DNA from: a virus
Length of the DNA: 64,000 nt
Strand: one strand, 5' to 3'
Virus record (IMG/VR): IMGVR_UViG_3300045988_061891
Shown: one piece after another, positions 24,616-30,672 of the stretch
Layout: the number at the start of each line of letters is the position of its first letter
Numbering within the stretch: position 1 is the stretch's first letter
Notes under the pieces: generated by a model
Databases searched by the model: none
What the model saw: only the letters and a program-made list of their open reading frames with translations
What the model was told of the DNA's origin: nothing
Made by a program: the position numbers and the translations under genes

Positions 24616-24694
24616 ATCTACTAGGAGTAGGACTGTCCTGCTAAGACAAGTGGTCATGTAAAAAGTGGCTTTGGTTCGAGTCCAATACTCTCCT
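24607..24694 (+). tRNA. tRNA-Ser(GCU), type II; its 5' end overlaps the last codons of the FTR-like ORF
   Basis: GGAGAGT/ACTCTCC perfect acceptor, anticodon arm TGTC CTGCTAA GACA, long variable arm, T-loop TTGG TTCGAGT CCAA. Confidence 0.65.
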
Positions 24695-24700
24695 CTATAT

Positions 24701-24773
24701 ATAGTAGTAGCTCAATTGGCAGAGTCCTAGGTTTGGGACCTAGATGTTGAAGGTTCGAGTCCTTTCTACTATA
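24701..24773 (+). tRNA. tRNA-Pro(UGG)
   Basis: ATAGTAG TA GCTC AATTGGCA GAGT C CTAGG TTTGGGA CCTAG ATGTT GAAGG TTCGAGT CCTTT CTACTAT A. Confidence 0.75.
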
Positions 24774-24780
24774 CTAAAAT

Positions 24781-24853
24781 GGGCTCTTAGTTAAGCTGGC
24801 TATAACACCTGCCTTGCAAGCAGGAGTCCTGGGTTCAAGTCCCAGTTAGTCCA
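24781..24853 (+). tRNA. tRNA-Ala(UGC)
   Basis: G3:U70 present. CCTGC CTTGCAA GCAGG; CTGGG TTCAAGT CCCAG. Acceptor pairs 6:67 and 7:66 are mismatched. Confidence 0.65.
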
Positions 24854-24937
24854 CTTTGTTTTCTTGTTTTCATAAAATTATATGACCATTGTTAGTCCCT
24901 CTTTTTGGTAGTTAGAGGCTAAAGAAACTGCCCATTT

Positions 24938-25008
24938 TGGGATATAGCTCGAAGGTCGGGCGTGAGACTGTTAATCTCTTGGTGAGAGTTCGATTCTCTC
25001 TATCCCAG
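24938..25008 (+). tRNA. tRNA-Asn(GUU)
   Basis: TGGGATA TA GCTC GAAGGTC GGGC G TGAGA CTGTTAA TCTCT TGGT GAGAG TTCGATT CTCTC TATCCCA G. Confidence 0.75.
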
Positions 25009-25142
25009 CATATAATAAAGAGAATAGTACTAGTGTAAGACTCAACGTAACTTAAAGGCTTTGTAAAATATAATGTAAGTTTAGCCCTTTTGAATGTCGT
25101 ATTATTCATCCTAGCTACAGGGAATGGTTAAAGGTAGCATAC

Positions 25143-25217
25143 ATTGGTGTAGCTCAATGGTAGAGCAGTAGTCTCCAAAACTACAGGTTGTAGGTTCAAG
25201 TCCTGCCACCTTTGCCA
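25143..25217 (+). tRNA. tRNA-Trp(CCA) with encoded CCA; acceptor positions 2:71 and 3:70 are U-U
   Basis: ATTGGTG TA GCTC AATGGTA GAGC A GTAGT CTCCAAA ACTAC AGGTT GTAGG TTCAAGT CCTGC CACCTTT G CCA. Confidence 0.65.
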
Positions 25218-25220
25218 TAC

Positions 25221-25294
25221 TGGGATATAGCTTAGATGGTCAAAGCATCTGACTGATATTCAGAGGACCGTAGGTTCAAGTCCTACTATCCCAA
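25221..25294 (+). tRNA. tRNA-Ile(GAU)
   Basis: TGGGATA TA GCTT AGATGGTCA AAGC A TCTGA CTGATAT TCAGA GGACC GTAGG TTCAAGT CCTAC TATCCCA A. Confidence 0.75.
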
Positions 25295-25296
25295 CT

Positions 25297-25366
25297 GTGT
25301 TGTTAGCTTATAGGTAAAGTGTCTCACTGTGGATGAGAAGAAGAGGGTTCGAGTCCCCACAACACC
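25297..25366 (+). tRNA. tRNA-His(GUG); no encoded G-1, T-arm one nt short
   Basis: GTGTTGT TA GCTT ATAGGTA AAGT G TCTCA CTGTGGA TGAGA .. GGG TTCGAGT CCCC ACAACAC C. Confidence 0.6.
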
Positions 25367-25476
25367 CCTGCTCATGAGTGGCATGGTAGTTCCTGGGGTG
25401 GTTTCAAACTGCTATGTCTAATTAACCCCCTTACAAGTTCTTTGTAAGGCACAGCCTGCTTAATAGCAGGCTTTAT

Positions 25477-25548
25477 GTCTCCTTAGCCAAGTTGGTAAGG
25501 CAAGGGTCTGCAAAACCCTCATCATTGGTTCAAGTCCAATAGGAGACT
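25477..25548 (+). tRNA. tRNA-Cys(GCA)
   Basis: GTCTCCT TA GCCA AGTTGGTAA GGCA AGGGT CTGCAAA ACCCT CATC ATTGG TTCAAGT CCAAT AGGAGAC T (U73). Confidence 0.75.
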
Positions 25549-25643
25549 CTAATAGAGGAGGCGGTGTAAATCCTTTCCTAGGGTGAAGTAGTCTAACTTA
25601 GGTATGACTACTGGGAGACAACCTCTATAAAAACACCGCGCCA

Positions 25644-25715
25644 CTTCCTATAGCTTAATGGTAGAGCTCCTGACTTTTAATCAGAAGGTTCTAGGTTCGA
25701 GTCCTAGTAGGAAGA
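25644..25715 (+). tRNA. tRNA-Lys(UUU)
   Basis: CTTCCTA TA GCTT AATGGTA GAGC T CCTGA CTTTTAA TCAGA AGGTT CTAGG TTCGAGT CCTAG TAGGAAG A. Confidence 0.75.
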
Positions 25716-25898
25716 CATAACATTTTTAACTCCAAATTAATAAAGTGTTATGAGAGTACTTAGTTTTATTAAGAAAGCAGCTAAAGCTTATTTCAGAGTG
25801 GCTGCTAAGAACTATTCCATAAGGTGTACAGGAGATGTATTCATTCCTGCTCCTTAAGGATAGTTCCTCTTCTTTTACCTTATTAGATTAAATGATAT

Positions 25899-25980
25899 GG
25901 GAGCATCGCATAGTGGCAATTGCAGCTGACTGTAAATCAGCCCTCATTAGAGTTCATAGGTTCGAGTCCTCTTGCTCCCA
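25899..25980 (+). tRNA. tRNA-Tyr(GUA), type II
   Basis: GGGAGCA TC GCAT AGTGGCAA TTGC A GCTGA CTGTAAA TCAGC, variable arm CCTCATTAGAG.., T-loop AGG TTCGAGT CCT, TGCTCCC A. Confidence 0.7.
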
Positions 25981-25992
25981 CTATTAAAATAT

Positions 25993-26066
25993 GGAAACTT
26001 GGTGTAGTTGGTTTGTCACGTAAGATTGAAGCTCTTGAGGCTGAGGTTCGATTCCTTGAGTTTCCA
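25993..26066 (+). tRNA. tRNA-Phe(GAA)
   Basis: GGAAACT TG GTGT AGTTGGTTTG TCAC G TAAGA TTGAAGC TCTTG AGGC TGAGG TTCGATT CCTTG AGTTTCC A. Confidence 0.7.
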
Positions 26067-26080
26067 CTAAATTTTATGAT

Positions 26081-26680
26081 ATGACTACATTAAAATTAGG
26101 TAGTAGAGGTAATGAAGTAAAGACTCTACAGAGTAAGTTAAACCTTATAGCTGATGGCATCTTTGGTCCTATAACTGAAGAGGTAGTTAAGGATTTCCAG
26201 AAGAAGAATGGTCTTACTGCTGATGGAGTAGTTGGTCCTAGTACATGGGATAAACTAGGAGTTACTAATAGCAGGTATATCAATGAGATTATTGTACATT
26301 GTAGTGCTACTGCTGAAGGTAAAGACTTTACAGTGGCTGATATAAAGAAGTGGCACTTGGCAAGAGGATTCTCTGACATAGGTTACCATTATGTAATATA
26401 TAGAGATGGTTCCATAAATAAGGGTAGGGATGAATCAAAGATTGGTGCACATTGTACAGGTCATAACTCACACTCTATTGGAGTATGTTACATTGGAGGA
26501 TGTGCTTCTGATGGCAAGACTCCCAAAGACACAAGGACTGCTGCTCAAAAGAAAGCTCTGTTAGAGCTACTGAAAGAGCTCAAAAAGAAGTATCCAAAGG
26601 CATCTATACACTCTCACAGGGACTATGCCAATAAGGCTTGTCCATCCTTTGATGCTACAAAGGAATATTCTTCTATTTGA
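26081..26680 (+). CDS. endolysin: peptidoglycan-binding domain plus N-acetylmuramoyl-L-alanine amidase (Amidase_2/PGRP type)
   Basis: LKLGSRGNEVKTLQSKLN...DGIFGP...GLTADGVVGPSTW is a PG_binding_1 pattern. IIVHCSAT...WHLARGFSDIGYHYVIYRDG...GAHCTGHNSHSIGVCYIGG is the amidase core. Confidence 0.8.
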   Translation: MTTLKLGSRGNEVKTLQSKLNLIADGIFGPITEEVVKDFQKKNGLTADGVVGPSTWDKLGVTNSRYINEIIVHCSATAEGKDFTVADIKKWHLARGFSDIGYHYVIYRDGSINKGRDESKIGAHCTGHNSHSIGVCYIGGCASDGKTPKDTRTAAQKKALLELLKELKKKYPKASIHSHRDYANKACPSFDATKEYSSI

Positions 26681-26688
26681 AATAGAGT

Positions 26689-26771
26689 GCTTCTGTGGTG
26701 GAACTAGTATACATGACAAGCTTAAACCTTGTTGCCCATAGGGATTATGGGTTCAAGTCCCACCAGAAGTA
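26689..26771 (+). tRNA. tRNA-Leu(UAA), type II
   Basis: GCTTCTG/CAGAAGT acceptor, ACAAG CTTAAAC CTTGT, variable arm CCC ATA GGG, T-loop TGGG TTCAAGT CCCA. Confidence 0.7.
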
Positions 26772-26776
26772 CAAAT

Positions 26777-26864
26777 GCCCAAGTGATGGAACTGGTATAC
26801 ATAATAGTCTTAGAAACTATGCCGAAGTAATAGTAGGATGTGGGTTCGACTCCCACCTTGGGTA
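26777..26864 (+). tRNA. tRNA-Leu(UAG), type II
   Basis: GCCCAAG/CTTGGGT acceptor, ATAGT CTTAGAA ACTAT, long variable arm, GTGGG TTCGACT CCCAC. Confidence 0.7.
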
Positions 26865-26865
26865 C

Positions 26866-27303
26866 ATGATAAGAACAGATATATTAGAGAGAAAGGCTGA
26901 CATATTAAATTGGATAGCCAACAAGGAATCTAACACTGAAATTGCAAGAAGACTTAACTGTAAGTTAGACACTCTCAAGTCCTACTATAGGAAAATGGGT
27001 ATCACCTATGCAGGTAATCAGGGTATGAAGGGTAAGAAGTCAGACCCTAAAAGAAAGTCTGCACTGGAAATACTAGGAAGCCTAAGTTTCTCTAACTCAG
27101 CTAAGAGAATTAGGCTAATAGAAGATGGAATAAAAGAAGAGAGGTGTGAATGTTGTGGACTATTGGAATGGATGGGAAAACCTATTCCACTTGAACTCCA
27201 TCATAAAGATTTCAATCATTACAACAACTCCTTAGATAATTTACAAATATTATGTGCAAATTGTCACATGCAGGCTCATAACTATTGTAACACTATAAAG
27301 TAG
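26866..27303 (+). CDS. HNH homing endonuclease
   Basis: ORF trimmed to MIRTDILERK because the listed N-terminal 57 codons are two tRNA-Leu genes. C-terminal CECCG...ELHHKDFNHYNNSLDNLQILCANCH is a classic HNH motif. Confidence 0.75.
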   Translation: MIRTDILERKADILNWIANKESNTEIARRLNCKLDTLKSYYRKMGITYAGNQGMKGKKSDPKRKSALEILGSLSFSNSAKRIRLIEDGIKEERCECCGLLEWMGKPIPLELHHKDFNHYNNSLDNLQILCANCHMQAHNYCNTIK

Positions 27304-27324
27304 GTTCGAGTCCTACATGGGGTA
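27300..27324 (+). pseudogene. orphan tRNA 3' fragment (T-arm plus 3' acceptor strand) abutting the HNH stop codon
   Basis: GTAGG TTCGAGT CCTAC ATGGGGT A. No matching 5' acceptor strand (ACCCCAT or a wobble variant) was found upstream. Confidence 0.55.
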
Positions 27325-27402
27325 CTATGAAGAGGTATTATTAGTTATCTTTCCTTCTCTTCACTTTTATTTGCATTCATCTTAAAAATAATCATCAAAT
27401 TA

Positions 27403-27434
27403 TTTGGTAGTTTTAAATATTTTACTTAACTTTG
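27403..27434 (+). promoter_or_regulatory. Bacteroidetes-type promoter
   Basis: aTTTGgtagttttaaatattttactTAACTTTGca, with 20-nt spacing. Confidence 0.55.
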
Positions 27435-27454
27435 CATCATCAAAGCAAGACAAT

Positions 27455-27527
27455 GCTTCCTTAGTATAGATGGTCATTATACTAGACTTGTAATCTTGAG
27501 AGGTAAGTTCGACTCTTACAGGAAGCT
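27455..27527 (+). tRNA. tRNA-Thr(UGU)
   Basis: GCTTCCT/AGGAAGC acceptor, loop CTTGTAA, GTAAG TTCGACT CTTAC. The junction between the D-arm and the anticodon stem is irregular. Confidence 0.65.
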
Positions 27528-27533
27528 CAATAC

Positions 27534-27607
27534 GCAGATGTAACTCAATTGGTCAGAGTGTCAGTCTTCCAAACTGAAAGTTGAGGGTTCAAACCCCTTC
27601 ATCTGCT
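27534..27607 (+). tRNA. tRNA-Gly(UCC)
   Basis: GCAGATG TA ACTC AATTGGTCA GAGT G TCAGT CTTCCAA ACTGA AAGTT GAGGG TTCAAAC CCCTT CATCTGC T. Confidence 0.75.
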
Positions 27608-27622
27608 CTAGATTATATAAAT

Positions 27623-27692
27623 TGTGGGTAGAGACGGTTCTCCATCGGGTCTCATAAGCCTGACTCCACCAGTTCGACTCTGGTACCCGCAA
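27623..27692 (+). tRNA. tRNA-Met (anticodon CAU), short D-arm
   Basis: TGTGGGT .. CGGGT CTCATAA GCCTG ACTCC ACCAG TTCGACT CTGGT ACCCGCA A. Confidence 0.6.
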
Positions 27693-27709
27693 CTAAATTT
27701 AAAAATATA

Positions 27710-27874
27710 TGGGAGAAGTTATGGTTAATAATGGCAAGATAATGACTGCTGCTGAAGCACAGACTATCAGAGAGTTAGTCGACCTTGTTAATGACTGCAA
27801 GATACCTAGGGAGGATGTTGTCTCAATCCTTCCCTCGAAAGAAGGTTATATAATGGTTTACTACTATTGAACAA
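27710..27874 (+). CDS. possible small protein (54 aa)
   Basis: Hand translation: MGEVMVNNGKIMTAAEAQTIRELVDLVNDCKIPREDVVSILPSKEGYIMVYYY*. Below the ORF-track cutoff. Confidence 0.4.
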
Positions 27875-27875
27875 T

Positions 27876-28112
27876 ATGGGAGAGAATAAGGAAGAGAAAA
27901 TAAAAGAACTTATGCTGCTTAGATTCGAGGCAGTATCAAAGTTCAAATCAGTCAAGAGGGCTTGGAGAAGAGGTCATATCTCAAACTATGGGTTTATCTA
28001 CCCAAAGAGACCTTTCAACAATAGGACTTCAAAAAAGAATACAAGGCCCTTTAATGAACTTAGAAAGGTAATATATGGGCAACTCAGAAGTAAAAACAGA
28101 ATTGCACAATGA
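27876..28112 (+). CDS. hypothetical basic protein
   Basis: ORF trimmed to the first ATG (MGENKEEK). Confidence 0.5.
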   Translation: MGENKEEKIKELMLLRFEAVSKFKSVKRAWRRGHISNYGFIYPKRPFNNRTSKKNTRPFNELRKVIYGQLRSKNRIAQ

Positions 28113-28308
28113 CTATAATGAAGAACCAGTCTTCTACTGTAAGCATTGTCTGTCCCTCAAAATAAGGGATGCAGGTCTTCCTGACCTACTTTACTGTGAT
28201 GATTGTGGCTCAGCTGACATCTATTCAACAAGCATAGAAGAGTGGGAGAAGCTCTATATTGAGAGACATGGGTTTAGATTTTTAGATAAAAACTACAATA
28301 TAAAATAA
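28075..28308 (+). CDS. zinc-ribbon small protein
   Basis: CKHC...CDDC pair in 77 aa. Confidence 0.5.
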   Translation: MGNSEVKTELHNDYNEEPVFYCKHCLSLKIRDAGLPDLLYCDDCGSADIYSTSIEEWEKLYIERHGFRFLDKNYNIK

Positions 28309-28309
28309 A

Positions 28310-28615
28310 ATGGAAGAGGATAAAATGGAAGAGAAAAAGGACGCGGCTGAACAGCCAACGAGATTTACTTATGAACAGCTTGAACAGATTGCAGGCAATC
28401 TAAGCACTCAGGTACAGCAGTTGAGTGCTAGGCTTCAAGAAGCTAATATGTTCAACATGTTCAAGAGGCTTGACTATTGCTTTAAAGTAGTTGAAGTAGC
28501 TTCTACCCTTTCTGCTACTATGTTCAGTCCTGGCTTTGTTGAAAAATGTGCAAAGGAGATTGAGGAACTCATGACTCCTCCTGCACCTGTAGAAGAAGAG
28601 ACAAAAAAAGAGTAA
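28310..28615 (+). CDS. hypothetical protein
   Basis: 101-aa ORF. Confidence 0.55.
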   Translation: MEEDKMEEKKDAAEQPTRFTYEQLEQIAGNLSTQVQQLSARLQEANMFNMFKRLDYCFKVVEVASTLSATMFSPGFVEKCAKEIEELMTPPAPVEEETKKE

Positions 28616-28620
28616 GGGAT

Positions 28621-29004
28621 ATGATGGGGAAGATGAACAATGTGATTAGAATCCCCACTTCAATAAGCACAAGTTTCTTTAGGTTTTGGTTTGAGTTCCT
28701 TAGACCTTTTCATAACCTCACTGACAGAGAGATGCAGGTAGCCTCCTCATTACTCAAGAGGAGATATGAGCTTAGTAAAGTCATACAGGATGAAGTTATC
28801 CTCGATAAGGTTGTGATGAGTGAAGACACAAAGAAAGTGGTGAGAGAGGAATGTAATATCTCTCTCCCTCACTTTCAAGTAATAATGGGAAAACTCAGAA
28901 AGAACAAGGTCATCCTTGATGGCAGAATCAATCCAAGATTCATACCTAATCTTACAGAGGAACAGGGTTCTTTCAGATTACTTCTTAACTTTGAACTCAA
29001 CTGA
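28621..29004 (+). CDS. hypothetical protein (possible HTH: NLTDREMQVASSLLKRRY)
   Basis: 127-aa ORF. Confidence 0.55.
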   Translation: MMGKMNNVIRIPTSISTSFFRFWFEFLRPFHNLTDREMQVASSLLKRRYELSKVIQDEVILDKVVMSEDTKKVVREECNISLPHFQVIMGKLRKNKVILDGRINPRFIPNLTEEQGSFRLLLNFELN

Positions 29005-29276
29005 TGGATTATAACAGCCTTGTAACTCAAGTATCTAAAGAACTGAACTTGCCATTTAGAGTGGTGGATAAAGTGTATAAATCTTATTGGAGGTCAATAA
29101 GAAACACTATTCAGGCATTTCCTCTCAAAGATGATATATCAGAAGAGGAGTTCCAGAAACTAAGAACAAATTTCAATATACCTTCTCTTGGCAAGCTATC
29201 ATGTACTTATGATAGAGTTAAAAGGGTAAAGGAAAGATATAGATACATAAAAAATTTAAGGGAGAAACGTGATTAA
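29004..29276 (+). CDS. hypothetical protein (weak HU/IHF-like N-terminal pattern)
   Basis: 90-aa ORF with an ATGA-type overlap with the upstream gene. Confidence 0.5.
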   Translation: MDYNSLVTQVSKELNLPFRVVDKVYKSYWRSIRNTIQAFPLKDDISEEEFQKLRTNFNIPSLGKLSCTYDRVKRVKERYRYIKNLREKRD

Positions 29277-29688
29277 AGTAAAGAAAATAAAGCCAATGTT
29301 CACCGCCCTTATAACTACCATGGACCTCTATGAGGTGGATGGTGTTACCAAAGGAGGTTTGATTGATTCAACAAAGCAGAAAGGCACTGTAAAGGAATAT
29401 CAGAAGGTAGTTGCAGTAGGAGATTCAGTTAGAGGCATCAAGGTAGGTGACTTGGTATGTATAGATGCAACAAGATTTGCAGTAAGAAAACATAAGGACA
29501 ATTCAATAAAGACTGACATTGAGGGGGGCAACCCAATCCTTGAATACAGGTTTGACATTGTAGAGATGGATGGTAAGAACTATATGCTTCTTCAGGATAG
29601 GGACATTCAATTTATCATAGAGGAATATGAGGAAGTTGAGGGACCCAAGCAATCCAGTCTTGTACAACCTCCTTCAATCATTGTTTAA
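29269..29688 (+). CDS. putative GroES/gp31-like co-chaperonin
   Basis: IKPMFTALITTM...TKGGLIDST..KGTVKEYQKVVAVGDSV.GIKVGDLVCID...MLLQDRDIQFII follows the GroES beta-barrel pattern. Confidence 0.4.
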   Translation: MIKVKKIKPMFTALITTMDLYEVDGVTKGGLIDSTKQKGTVKEYQKVVAVGDSVRGIKVGDLVCIDATRFAVRKHKDNSIKTDIEGGNPILEYRFDIVEMDGKNYMLLQDRDIQFIIEEYEEVEGPKQSSLVQPPSIIV

Positions 29689-29695
29689 TAATATA

Positions 29696-29733
29696 AGCCT
29701 GTATGGATTAAGTTTCATACAGGCTATTTTTTT
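29696..29733 (+). terminator. rho-independent terminator
   Basis: AGCCTGTATG-10 nt loop-CATACAGGCT followed by ATTTTTTT. Confidence 0.75.
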
Positions 29734-29750
29734 ATCGAAACTATTTAGAT

Positions 29751-30293
29751 ATGAAACTATTCAGATACGAAGGATATAAAATAACTATTTCTGAGGAAGC
29801 ACTGGTACTTGCTCCTTTCAAGAAGATATGGACTAGAGATAAGAGTACCAGCAAGAACAGAGCTATATCAGAGTTAGGCTTCATCTACTTTATGGCTGAC
29901 CCAAGAAGTGACTACCAGTACATTATAGATGAGGAAAGTAGAAAGACTTCCATTAAGGAAGGAGAGGGTCTCCCTAATGACTGGGAACCTGATAATCTTG
30001 TACTTGAAGCAATGGAGTTTTATAAAACCTTCAAGCCTGCATCTGCACTACTTCTTGAGGATACAAGAGTAGCAGTAGATAAACTTAGGACTCTATTAAG
30101 AGAGATTGACCTTGGTGCAGTTGATGACAAGGGTAAACCTATATATACCCTCAATACCATCACAGCTACTATCAAGCAGATTCCCTCTCTTGTAAAAGAC
30201 CTTAATGAGGCTGAGGCAGCTATTGCCAAAGAGATTGCACAAAGCAACAAGGTAAGAGGTACACAGGAAAAGGCAATGTATGAAGACTTGTAA
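29751..30293 (+). CDS. hypothetical protein
   Basis: 180-aa ORF. Confidence 0.6.
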   Translation: MKLFRYEGYKITISEEALVLAPFKKIWTRDKSTSKNRAISELGFIYFMADPRSDYQYIIDEESRKTSIKEGEGLPNDWEPDNLVLEAMEFYKTFKPASALLLEDTRVAVDKLRTLLREIDLGAVDDKGKPIYTLNTITATIKQIPSLVKDLNEAEAAIAKEIAQSNKVRGTQEKAMYEDL

Positions 30294-30672
30294 TATGATA
30301 CTTGAAGACGTAATTGAATCATTAAATAAGTATGTGGAGAGCAGAAGATATAATGATGAGAAGTGTGCAAAGGCTATAGAACACTTTGTGCTTCATAAAT
30401 CTATAACTCCTGCCCCTACATTCAAGACATATAAGGTACTTGAATATACTCTGTGGGTAGTAAAGGGAAGCAACAAGTACAGATTTTTTACTAAGAAACT
30501 CACAGTTAAGATTCCTACTGACTGTGAAGAACTTGTCATAAAGGACTTTGAGATGGGCTTCCTTACAGACTTATTTAAGGCACTCTTTGATACTAAGTCC
30601 TTGAATAACAAAGATAGAATAATTCTTGAAGATGTAATCTATGGAGAATACCTCAGCTATTGTAATGAATGA
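30280..30672 (+). CDS. hypothetical protein
   Basis: 130-aa ORF. Confidence 0.55.
   Translation: MKTCNMILEDVIESLNKYVESRRYNDEKCAKAIEHFVLHKSITPAPTFKTYKVLEYTLWVVKGSNKYRFFTKKLTVKIPTDCEELVIKDFEMGFLTDLFKALFDTKSLNNKDRIILEDVIYGEYLSYCNE

Noticed and set aside
24912-25109. Minus-strand 65-aa ORF in the tRNA array; also 26074..26379 (-) antisense to the amidase.
   Set aside because: The first overlaps tRNA-Asn on the opposite strand, and the second is antisense to a motif-rich endolysin. No support for coding.
26695-26865. N-terminal 57 codons of the listed ORF 26695..27303.
   Set aside because: This stretch is two well-folded type II tRNA-Leu genes. The HNH protein starts at ATG 26866.
23897-27692. 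Alternative genetic code or suppressor tRNAs (as reported for some crAss-like lineages).
   Set aside because: No CUA, UCA or UUA anticodon was found. Very long ORFs (2104, 800 and 748 aa) are uninterrupted in the standard code.
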